Source: Candidatus Thorarchaeota archaeon
GTDB taxonomy: Archaea; Asgardarchaeota; Heimdallarchaeia; Hodarchaeales; Hodarchaeaceae
NCBI GenBank assembly: GCA_048882505.1
Contig: JBHLRO010000010.1
Location: forward strand, 90,001 to 122,000
DNA: 32,000 nt
Reading direction: 5' to 3'
Part shown: positions 1 through 8,900 of the stretch, piece after piece
How the letters are laid out: every line of letters starts with the position of its first letter
How positions within the stretch are numbered: position 1 is the stretch's first letter
Notes under the pieces: generated by a model
What the model was told of the DNA's origin: nothing
Seen by the model: only the letters and a program-made list of their open reading frames with translations
Databases searched by the model: none
Made by a program: the position numbers and the translations under genes

Positions 1-59
1 TCGTATTCCTTCTTGTCATCCCTATCCTAATTCGGAGGAAAGGTAAAAAAGAGCTGTAG
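1..59 (+). CDS. 3' end of an upstream gene with a C-terminal membrane anchor (candidate thiamine ABC substrate-binding protein, ThiB)
   Basis: Frame starting at nt 3 reads VFLLVIPILIRRKGKKEL* (TAG 57-59): a hydrophobic run followed by a basic stop-transfer tail, 35 nt upstream of thiP on the same strand. ThiB identity is inferred from operon context only. Confidence 0.45.
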   Translation, partial: VFLLVIPILIRRKGKKEL

Positions 60-94
60 CCTCACCTTTGATATAGATCCAAGGTAGTTAATCA

Positions 95-1807
95 ATGGCC
101 GTGAATAAGGAGAGGGTGGAGCAGCTTGTAATTCTTTTTTTTCCCGTAATATTCTTGATTCTGTTTTTTCTTCTTCCCTTATTTCGTATTCTTCTCCTAG
201 CTTTCCTCAATGAAAGAGAAAACGGATTTCTTGTCACCTTTCAGCATATTGTTGAAGTCTTATCGCATCCCCTTAATCGATACTTCTTATATTGGGATTT
301 TCAGCAAGCAATCATCACTACAGGTCTATGTGTTATTCTTGGTATTCCTGGGAGCTATATTTTCACGAAATATCAATTTCCTGGAAAGAATCTTCTTCGC
401 AATCTTATTACCATCCCGTTCATTCTCCCGCCCATCGTTGTTCTGATCGGTTTCATTGAGGTTTTTGGGCACGGAAGTCCAATTAACCAAATGTGGAGTG
501 CCTTAACGGGTTCAATCTTGATTGAAATTTACAATAGCTATGAAGGTATCCTTTTGGCCCATGTTTTTTACAATATTCCCGTAATTATAAGGTTGACTGA
601 AATTGGATGGAAAAATATCGACCCTGATCTAATAGCTGTTGCAAGAAGTCTGAGAGCATCAAAATTTCAAATCCTATGGCGAGTTCAGATACCCCATCTC
701 CTTCCAATTACAGCAGCTGCCGCTCTCTTGGTATTTATTTATGCCTTCAACAGCTTTGCAATGGTTTTAGTCTTGGGGGGCGTACAGTACCAAACTCTAG
801 AGGTTCGGATTTATTGGTTAGCAAAACAAACCAATTTTCCAGCTGCTGCCGCTTTAACTCTAGTCCAAATCTCTCTAAACTTAGTGATGATTATGTGCTA
901 TCTTTATATTACAAAGAAGTATGAAATACCGATTTCCCCCCAATATCCCCGATATGAAAAGCCTCTTCTGTCTCGTTCCTTGAGTGTTAAGAAAGTTATT
1001 TCGATGATTACGGTCAGCATCTACTTCGCTCTAATCGGATTACTTTGCTTATATCCGATTTTTGGTGTTTTTTTAGTCTCTTTGTTTCCCAATGACCAAA
1101 TTTTCTCGTTAAATTCGTTTATACGCTTATTAGATCCTAATATACGAAGTTATATAGGGCTTCTTCCACTAGACATGGTGATGAATACCCTATTCTTTGG
1201 AGTAGCTGTAATGATCTTGGCCACATTGTTGGCTCTTCTCTTCAGTACAGGTATTGGTTATAGAACAACATACAAGACATCCTCGAATCGTTCCTTGACA
1301 ACAACGGTTGGTGAGATAGTAGTGATACTACCTTTGGCAATTTCCTCAATTACTTTGGCATTTTCAATCCTAACATTGTACCAAAACTCACCATTATACC
1401 GTGATTTCATCAGTTTAGCAATAATTATAGCCCATACACTAATCGCTTTTCCTTTTGCCTATCGCATACTTGCTGCTAAACAGGCAAACATAGACCCTTC
1501 TACGATTGGTGTTGCACGGAGTTTAGGCTCGTCTCGTTTTAACACATGGCTCAGAATTCAGGTTCCGCTGTTATTGACAGGAATCGTGGCGGCTGGTCTC
1601 TTTAGCTTCGCCATTTCTCTAGGGGAATTCGGGGCAACAACATTTTTGGCACGTGCCAATTTTGCCACAATTCCAGTAGGAATATATCGGCTGATCAATA
1701 CGCGAAATGTGGCCCCAGCGGCGGCCTTTTCCGTCATTCTCATCCTCCTTTCAACCATTAGCTTCATTATTATTGAGAAACTAGGACGCCTTGACTTTCG
1801 ATTCTAG
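95..1807 (+). CDS. thiP: Thiamine ABC transporter permease (two fused BPD_transp_1 halves), 570 aa
   Basis: About 12 hydrophobic segments; two EAA-like loops (IAVARSLRASKF, IGVARSLGSSRF); GILLAHVFYNIP, IPFILPPIVV and LGGVQYQTLEVRIY resemble ThiP motifs; next to an ABC ATPase and a ThiN-domain regulator. FbpB/Fe3+ permeases are the main alternative family. Confidence 0.8.
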   Translation: MAVNKERVEQLVILFFPVIFLILFFLLPLFRILLLAFLNERENGFLVTFQHIVEVLSHPLNRYFLYWDFQQAIITTGLCVILGIPGSYIFTKYQFPGKNLLRNLITIPFILPPIVVLIGFIEVFGHGSPINQMWSALTGSILIEIYNSYEGILLAHVFYNIPVIIRLTEIGWKNIDPDLIAVARSLRASKFQILWRVQIPHLLPITAAAALLVFIYAFNSFAMVLVLGGVQYQTLEVRIYWLAKQTNFPAAAALTLVQISLNLVMIMCYLYITKKYEIPISPQYPRYEKPLLSRSLSVKKVISMITVSIYFALIGLLCLYPIFGVFLVSLFPNDQIFSLNSFIRLLDPNIRSYIGLLPLDMVMNTLFFGVAVMILATLLALLFSTGIGYRTTYKTSSNRSLTTTVGEIVVILPLAISSITLAFSILTLYQNSPLYRDFISLAIIIAHTLIAFPFAYRILAAKQANIDPSTIGVARSLGSSRFNTWLRIQVPLLLTGIVAAGLFSFAISLGEFGATTFLARANFATIPVGIYRLINTRNVAPAAAFSVILILLSTISFIIIEKLGRLDFRF

Positions 1808-1821
1808 CGCCGCAACATAAC

Positions 1822-1829
1822 AAGGTGGA
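1822..1829 (+). promoter_or_regulatory. Putative ribosome-binding site (AAGGTGGA) for thiQ
   Basis: AGGTG core lies 5 nt upstream of the in-frame CTG at 1835. Confidence 0.45.
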
Positions 1830-1834
1830 AAGAA

Positions 1835-2947
1835 CTGGCCTTCCTAGAAGTAGAGAACCTATATTTCAGATATAACAAGACATGGGTGCTCAATGGAATT
1901 TCTTTGGAAGGGAGCGAAGGTGAACTTTTAGCTCTTGTCGGACCATCTGGCTGCGGAAAAACTACTTTGCTAAGAATCCTTGTAGGTATCTTAACACCTC
2001 AAGGAGGGACAGTTCGAGTAAACAAGATCAATCTGTTAACCTTACCGATCGAAAAAAGGAAGATCGGATATGTTCCGCAGAATCAAGCCCTGTTCCCGCA
2101 TCTCACAGTGTACGGAAACCTGGCGTTCGGTCTGCATGGACAAGAGAAGGAAAAGCTCAAAACGAGAGTTTTGGAGTTAGCCCGTCTCGGAGGACTGGGT
2201 GAACTCCTTGAAAGACGACCCCATGAGTTATCTGGAGGACAATCTCAACGAGTGGCCTTGTTACGAGCTTTGGCTCCATCACCCAACCTAATACTGTTGG
2301 ATGAACCTCTAAGCAACGTCGATTCACACTTGCGCGAACAATTGGCAATGTACATACGTAAACTTCAAAAAAAGGAAGCGATCACGACATTATTTGTAAC
2401 TCATGACCTACAAGAAGCCAAAATGCTTGCTGATAGACTGGTAATAATGGATGAGGGAAAAACTCTTCAGGTTGGCTCCCCTAAATCAGTTAACTTGCAT
2501 CCAAGGTCATTAGAGGTAGCTAAGACCTTGGGATTGAAAAATATTTTACAAATAAGCACAGTTAGCCTTGATAAAGAGAAATCGGAATACGTTATCCACA
2601 CAGATCTCGGAGAAATCCGTATTCCCGATTCTAAGATGCAAGTGCCTCCCCATGCGAGGGGTATCCGCCTCGACCCATCACAACTTACCGTCGCCAAAGC
2701 CCAGTTTGACGACCCTCTTCCTCCTAATTGCTTTCTTGGCGAAATAATAGCAATCGTCCCCGAACCTTTGATTCATAAATCTGTTGTGCTAATCAGTGTA
2801 ACAGCTAGCGTAACCTCCCCTGGATTGCCTGAACGAAATCAAGACTCCATTATTCGAACTTACGTTCCCATTGAAGATGACCTTTTCCATCTAGAAGATA
2901 AAGTGACCGTTAAGATTAACCCAGGTGCAGTCAGGTTCTATTCCTGA
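1835..2947 (+). CDS. thiQ: ABC transporter ATP-binding subunit (ThiQ/PotA family), about 370 aa; ORF track starts it at GTG 1886
   Basis: Walker A GPSGCGKT, Q-loop YVPQNQALFPHL, signature LSGGQ, Walker B LILLDEP, H-loop FVTHD, TOBE-like C-terminus. The in-frame upstream extension (L)AFLEVENLYFRYNKTWVLNGISL is the typical first beta-strand region of an ABC NBD. Confidence 0.82.
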   Translation: MAFLEVENLYFRYNKTWVLNGISLEGSEGELLALVGPSGCGKTTLLRILVGILTPQGGTVRVNKINLLTLPIEKRKIGYVPQNQALFPHLTVYGNLAFGLHGQEKEKLKTRVLELARLGGLGELLERRPHELSGGQSQRVALLRALAPSPNLILLDEPLSNVDSHLREQLAMYIRKLQKKEAITTLFVTHDLQEAKMLADRLVIMDEGKTLQVGSPKSVNLHPRSLEVAKTLGLKNILQISTVSLDKEKSEYVIHTDLGEIRIPDSKMQVPPHARGIRLDPSQLTVAKAQFDDPLPPNCFLGEIIAIVPEPLIHKSVVLISVTASVTSPGLPERNQDSIIRTYVPIEDDLFHLEDKVTVKINPGAVRFYS

Positions 2948-2955
2948 TAGACCAA

Positions 2956-3852
2956 TCAGTCCATACCGAGAGAATCGAACTGGGCACGGGCCTGATAAAC
3001 AAATTTATCTCCCCTCTCTACATTGAGGGAGTACCAGATGCCCGACATCACTGTGAGCAGGATTGCAACTGCATGAATCGCGTGGTCTTCAATTGAAAAT
3101 CCCGTTTTTCTCTGATAATCTTCTATTATGTTTCTTTTGGTTTCCTGAGTCATATCATTCTGGGTGATTAAATAGGCGATATCGACAAGGGGGGAACCTA
3201 AGGCCGCATATTCCCAATCAATAAATGTGACATGGTTGTTGGTCACCACAACATTGGAAAAAACCAAGTCCCCATGGAGAAGCACTTGATTCTCTTGAAG
3301 ATGATCGGTACTGTACGCTTTCATGGAATATTTGAGGACCTTGTCAATTTCCTTCGGAGGAGGAAGATGGTCTGATAGTTTTTCTCGCTCATAAATTGAT
3401 TTGTATGCACGAAAGTAATCTGGTATGATGTGAGAATAATCTAACGATACCAGATGCGGGATTTTTGCTGTTTCTGAGGATATATCTACAGAATGAATCG
3501 CTGCTAGTGCTTCTACAATACGGTTGGGATTTTCCTGGATCATATAGGAAGTTAAAATGCTTCCCTCCACCCATTTTCGAACCAGAAAATACTCGCCACC
3601 TTGTACGACCCATCGTAGAACTTTCGGAGCATGTGGATTGTCTTTCAAGATATTTAGCGCTTCTTTTTCTCTAAAAAATCGGTTACTCGCGGGGTCAGTG
3701 GTTTCTTGATGAGGAAGGTATTTTTTGATTACTACAGCCCGATCTATTAGATAATTTCTGTTGTTCAATCCAGTTTCTATTAAATTAAGCGAGGAAAAAT
3801 GCTCAGGCAAGAGACCTTTCGGAATATCCTTTATTATGGGATCCGAGTCCAT
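2956..3852 (-). CDS. Choline kinase/aminoglycoside phosphotransferase (APH) family kinase, candidate thiamine kinase (ThiK-like), 298 aa
   Basis: Brenner motif HGDLVFSN, metal-binding IDWEYA, downstream GSPLVDIAY, N-lobe GLNNRNYL and VIKK. The substrate is inferred from position between thiPQ and thiR. Confidence 0.8.
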   Translation of the reverse strand: MDSDPIIKDIPKGLLPEHFSSLNLIETGLNNRNYLIDRAVVIKKYLPHQETTDPASNRFFREKEALNILKDNPHAPKVLRWVVQGGEYFLVRKWVEGSILTSYMIQENPNRIVEALAAIHSVDISSETAKIPHLVSLDYSHIIPDYFRAYKSIYEREKLSDHLPPPKEIDKVLKYSMKAYSTDHLQENQVLLHGDLVFSNVVVTNNHVTFIDWEYAALGSPLVDIAYLITQNDMTQETKRNIIEDYQRKTGFSIEDHAIHAVAILLTVMSGIWYSLNVERGDKFVYQARAQFDSLGMD

Positions 3853-3875
3853 ATATTTACATCTCGGGGAAAAAA

Positions 3876-3885
3876 CTATTAATAG
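3876..3885. promoter_or_regulatory. TATA-like palindrome CTATTAATAG, candidate promoter of the kinase gene (leaderless) and/or operator
   Basis: Perfect 10-bp palindrome. On the minus strand TATTAATA ends about 25 nt before the ATG at 3852, matching archaeal TATA spacing for a leaderless mRNA. Confidence 0.45.
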
Positions 3886-3908
3886 CCGCCGTCATTCATA
3901 GCTTAATT

Positions 3909-3917
3909 CTATAATAG
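3909..3917 (+). promoter_or_regulatory. TATA-like element CTATAATAG, candidate thiR promoter
   Basis: TATAATA lies about 30 nt upstream of the thiR start and has the same CTAT...ATAG arms as 3876-3885. Confidence 0.4.
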
Positions 3918-3937
3918 ACCTTTAGGCGCTACGAAAT

Positions 3938-3945
3938 GAGGGTGA
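3938..3945 (+). promoter_or_regulatory. Putative ribosome-binding site GAGGGTGA for thiR
   Basis: Archaeal-type GGTGA core immediately upstream of TTG-ATG (3946/3949). Confidence 0.45.
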
Positions 3946-3948
3946 TTG

Positions 3949-4842
3949 ATGAGATTTATATGTGAATTAGTGCCTGTAGCGTTCTTAACACCTTTTCGTC
4001 GGGCCCTTGCTCGTGAACTCTCCAACCTCGGATATGTCCAAACGAGAATTGCAGAAATTCTAGGTGTGTCACAACCAGTGGTTTCCTCATACCTATCTGC
4101 TGAGGCTTCCAGTCCAATGATTTTCAAACAGGCTATTGAGGATTTAGTAGAGAACTTGATGGTGGGGATCAAAGCAGAAACGCTCACTCCGATCGAACTC
4201 ATGACTGCTACCTGCGAAGTGTGTCAAAAACTGCGGAGCGCGGGGCCGCTTTGCGATGTTCATAGAAAACAGGGAAATCTTGATTTTCCAGTTGGGTGTG
4301 ACCTCTGTTTTCCCTCACAAGAACAGTCACTGACCTTCAGTAAAAATCTGCAAGCCACTATCGAATTATACGAAGCCGCACAGCGGCTCATTGGCGCTGG
4401 AAGAAAATTTGGGGAAATTATCCCTGAAATTGGATGTCAATTCATCTACACGGTCAATAAGGAAAGCATTGGGTTTCCAGGTCGAATTGTTCGGGTGAAA
4501 GGTCAAGGAAGAATTGTCTCCCCACCCGAGATTGGCCAGGGACCTACTCTTGCCAAAATCCTACTCTTTTTTCACCAACATGGTTCACCATTTCAAAGCT
4601 TAATCTCCTTGAAATCGAAAGGTAAAATATTGGACAAAGTTGCTGACATGGTCATAGAGCGTACAGTTGAAGGAGACAAAGATTGGACCAAGACTTTAAG
4701 CCAAATTCCCAAAGAAAAAGTTCGAAATATCCATGGGATTGCTGATACAGGGGGGATCGGTCTTGAACCTATATTATATTTATTTGGTCACACACCAGCA
4801 AAATTGGCTTCCTTGATCTTGGAACGATTTTGTGAGGATTAG
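3949..4842 (+). CDS. thiR: ThiR-type transcriptional regulator: N-terminal HTH, Cys/His cluster, C-terminal ThiN (thiamine-phosphate synthase)-like domain (alternative start TTG 3946)
   Basis: HTH QTRIAEILGVSQPVVSSYL; CEVC-x9-CDVH-x11-CDLC; ThiN-like motifs IPEIG, GFPGRIVRV, DTGGIGLEPILYLFG; adjacent to thiamine transport genes. Confidence 0.75.
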   Translation: MRFICELVPVAFLTPFRRALARELSNLGYVQTRIAEILGVSQPVVSSYLSAEASSPMIFKQAIEDLVENLMVGIKAETLTPIELMTATCEVCQKLRSAGPLCDVHRKQGNLDFPVGCDLCFPSQEQSLTFSKNLQATIELYEAAQRLIGAGRKFGEIIPEIGCQFIYTVNKESIGFPGRIVRVKGQGRIVSPPEIGQGPTLAKILLFFHQHGSPFQSLISLKSKGKILDKVADMVIERTVEGDKDWTKTLSQIPKEKVRNIHGIADTGGIGLEPILYLFGHTPAKLASLILERFCED

Positions 4843-5226
4843 GGGTCTTATTAGGATTAAGGGATAGAATGTATGGTGCTTGATAAGGTCAGGCCCCCAT
4901 AAGATAGAATCCCCCTCTGTTTTCACCTGGGCATACCTCTTCCATTGGACTTCATCGTTCCTGTATGAATTCGAAGATTAGGGGGCCATTCTCCCATCTG
5001 AGGCTCCCGCTTCAATTTAGAAACTGCTAAAAAGATAGAGATCAGAAATTCTTCTTAATTGATTCCAAAGAAACGTTCGAAAGAGGGTCGTGCCAAAAGC
5101 TTTCACCTGCTGAACCCGCCTTTAAGGTGTAAATCCGTGCGAAATACGTTGTCAGGAACTTGGCTATGTTCCTTGCAGCTTGTGTTCAACGGTAATCCAA
5201 GACATTTCGCTGCTTGACGTTTTCTT

Positions 5227-5231
5227 GAGGT
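5227..5231 (+). promoter_or_regulatory. Putative ribosome-binding site GAGGT for the giant gene
   Basis: ttGAGGTaaaatatATG, 7-nt spacer to ATG 5239. Confidence 0.5.
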
Positions 5232-5238
5232 AAAATAT

Positions 5239-5970
5239 ATGCCAAAATTAATCAAAAAGACTCATTCTTATCTTTTCAAAGGCCTAGTGATTTTCTCCCT
5301 TGTTCTACTTTTAGGCTCGTTTCACGCTCTCGAACCGAGTAATTCATTATATCCTGTAACCAACATCTTCAGTTTTGGTACAAAGGGCCCTATAAGTGAT
5401 GGGATCGATAATCATACTTTCATTTCCGAGACAGGGAGGCAGGTTCATGAAATCACTAGTTCGACTCCTGCCTATAAAATTCGGCTTATTTTTCCAGTTC
5501 CTGGGGAATCCGCGGATTTTTTAACGCTTCGTCTTAAGGCCCGATATACTGAGGAATTCACAAACCTAATCCGTTGGAACCAAAATAAAAACGTCAGTAT
5601 CAGCGTTTTTCCGTTTGAATCATCAATCATGGATGGCATCAATCAGTCAGTTCAGGTATTAGATGCCATGGAATTATATTGGGGAACAACCATCAAATTT
5701 CCATTCAATAATACGGCGTTAGAAGGACGAGATTATTTTGAGATTGCGTTTTTCATGTGGAACAGAACTAGCGTATTAACAGGACTGCAATTCGAAGACA
5801 TTACGTTCAAAAACACCCCTACTCCCCTTTCGGGTCAAAATAACCTTCTCATGGGTTTCCTATCCACCTCGGCCGTCTGTTTGTGGATTGCGTTTCCCAA
5901 TAGATTTTCACCACTTGTAGCTTGTTTTATAATGATTGCTCTAGTTATTGTCCCTCTCACCTTGACGCTC
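5239..5970 (+). other. N-terminal export/anchor module of the giant protein: signal/TM segment, ~170-aa domain, two-helix hydrophobic hairpin
   Basis: Basic n-region plus hydrophobic GLVIFSLVLLLGSF (~5281-5322); LLMGFLSTSAVCLWIAF (5845-5895); LVACFIMIALVIVPLTLTL (5914-5970). Confidence 0.7.
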
Positions 5971-8900
5971 CAAACAATTCGTTTTCTTGACAATGTAGAG
6001 AAAACTGAAGCAGGAGTTTCGAGATTTACCTTTTTTGGACGCGTTTACGAGCAAAGAGATCTCGGAAATGGGTTGTTTTCACTTCGAATGGTCAAAGATC
6101 TTTCTCGGGCTTTTGAATTACAGGCCTTATCAGGAACAGGTGATAGCGACATCTATCCTGGAGTCTTTAAAGATGAGACGGTCTCACAGGAACTTCAAGG
6201 AATTGAGACTGTTTTTCTTCAGCCAATTATGGATTCCACGGACTCAATAGATTCACCTGTAACTTATGGTTCGCAGTTTACTCCCCTCCTTCCGCGTTAT
6301 AAGTTTAGTGATATCACTGGTAATCCGGGATGGTGGAATACTAGTTACAAGTATGTTAGACAAGTAAATATTACCGCTAATTCTGCATTAGACACAAATT
6401 ACACAGTTCAGGCTGATTTGGATACATCAACTCCTGTAACCGCCTCAAAAATGCGAGCCGACGGGAAAGATCTTCGTGTTGCTTATTATAATCAAACAGA
6501 TTCGACCTGGTACGAACTGGATCGTGTTATCCTAAATAATAATTCACAAAAAACTGCTGTTTTCTTCCGTCTTCAAAAAGCAGTTTCAGCTAGTAGTTCA
6601 GACAATAACTACGCGATTTTCTATGGTGTTCAGGGTAATCCAGGAATTCCACCTAACTCTACGAACAAGATCTTTCTCGATAATGATGACTTTTCTAGTA
6701 AGAACTTGAACAATTATAACCTGGCTACGAATTGGGCGGCAGCCCTAGACACTTCTAAGCCAACAAATATAGGATGGTGGATCACTGAGGACATCGCACT
6801 TCATTCTGGTGGTACTAACGATTATTTAAACAGATCAAACCTTTTGACGACCAACAATGAAATCATTGTCTTAGGAAAGTTAACAACCAGTGGTGGGACG
6901 AAAACATCGATTGAACTTAGGTCCAACGCCTCCCCATCCGACGACCTCCGGATCACTCATCTGTCTTCATCGCCCTATCTACGGCTTGAACGCTATAATG
7001 GTACAATCTACACACTTAGTTCTACAACAGGAAGTTTTTCAACCACCACCTGGTATTTATACAAATTTAACTTCGTAGGAGATACTATGAAAGCCCGTGT
7101 ATGGGAAGCGGGTCAAGACGAGCCGTCAACGTGGAACCTAACTTATACAGCAAGCTCTGGAGACAACTTTCCCTCAAATGGACATCTTTTGTTCAAATCG
7201 AATGGAGGAATGGAGATCGGAATGTGGGCACTTCGAGCGGGACTGAGTAATGATCCTGCTGTAACGGTCGATCTGGAGCAGCAAGAACTGGTTAAAATCA
7301 CAGATATTCAAATCCAGAATACTGAATATAACGGGTCACGTTACTGGGACAACAATGACGGTTCTGCCGATGATTTCATTCGGATTAAAATTACCGCAGT
7401 TTGGAATGTGACAGGTGATCCATATCTGGGGGAACTCTCCGTAGGCCATAGCCTAAACCCCACCTACTTTGGAAGTACCTCAGGAAATGTCGGGGGTACC
7501 ACCACAATCGATGTGGAGGAAAATCCAATTGGCTCGGTGACTACATTTGATGGCATCACTGTGGGTGCAGCTATTGTGGGTCCTAACAATCCCTTTGGAA
7601 CTGATGTTTATTTGGATCCAGGCTTAACCTTCTCCGATATTGGCTGGGATGCTGCCGAACCTACTGGGGGAAGTTGGTCTACCGATTTTGACACTACTGA
7701 CAATACTGGGGATGGATTTACTCCTTATGGGGCTGGGTTTGGCATCTATGATGCGTTTTACGATGATGCTGCATATACCGCGGATGCGTCGGGATGGAGT
7801 GACGGAACGGGTGCTGGAATCCTCGAGTATTATATCAAAAGTTCAGCGGGGAATCTTGGCCCTGCTGATGCAGACGGCGTAGATGTGAGTACCACATTAC
7901 CTGCCGAGGGTGTTCATAACATTCAGTATGCCATCCAAGATCAAGTCGGAAACTGGGCGAATGGCAGTGCGATTATTAACGTTTACTATTCAACGGCGGC
8001 CCCCAGTGGATTCACTGTAGATATTAACGGGACAGGAAGTTGGACTCCGACCACTCCATCATATGCGTGGATCTCTAATCCTACTGCCATCACCTCGGGG
8101 ACACTCTACCTTGGCCAGGCAGGGAATTCCATCTGGAACATCACCGTCAATGAAGGTACATGGAATGCCGGTGGTGCCTGGCAAGTCATTTTTGAATCGG
8201 GCTGGGGCGGAACTGAAGTCAGTGATACGGCCGCTCCCTATTATTCCGCGAATTATCACTCAAACACGAACGCGGAAGCCGATATCAACACATTCATCGT
8301 TAATCGTAATGGAGTCGTCTCAACCATCACGATTCGCACTCTCTCGGACACATCCGCTCCAGAAATGGCCTCTATCAGCGTTACTGGTGACTCTCCGATA
8401 CCTGGTTATTCTGATTGGGACCAGGATGGAGCAGGGTTCAGTATCGATCGGGCTACAATTACTGAAAAGGGCGATTTTGGGCTTGCCATAAATGCCTCTA
8501 ATTCCGAGACTTTTGCAAATTACCGTTATATGGGAGGCACATCGCCTAGTACAGCAATCACGGTCACTCATCTTTGGATTCGTACCACAGGATCAGGTAC
8601 CGCTGCTGTAGCCCTGTATACAGGAGGGACATTGTCCAATCCGACTACAGCGACGAAGCAAGCCGAAGCGTTCAATGTAGCGGTGTCAGCAGGATGGAAT
8701 CGTATTGATATCCCAGACACTCTAGTCTCTGCAGATGCCATCGTCTGGATGAGCGTGGCATTAGATACCGGGCTTTACTATGCAACGTCTGGGAACGGAT
8801 TGAAGGGAGACTGGCAGGAGTCACGAGGCCGCTGGAGTCAATCGGGTGGATCTGATCCAACTCAGGCATCGCCCAATAATCCAGGATCAGGAAGTTTTGC

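Noticed and set aside
95-2947. Fe3+ (FbpBC) or polyamine ABC transporter assignment
   Set aside because: Not excluded by fold alone, but ThiP-like motifs plus the neighbouring ThiN-domain regulator favour thiamine.
210-4202. Short ORFs overlapping thiP, thiQ, the kinase and thiR (e.g. 210-446, 676-924, 1558-1767, 3909-4202)
   Set aside because: They overlap well-supported genes in other frames and have no motif support.
4843-5238. TPP riboswitch, tRNA or small gene in the intergenic region next to the thiamine cluster
   Set aside because: No CTGAGA/ACCTGA TPP core or cloverleaf recognised. The only small ORFs found (18-24 aa, minus strand) have no support.
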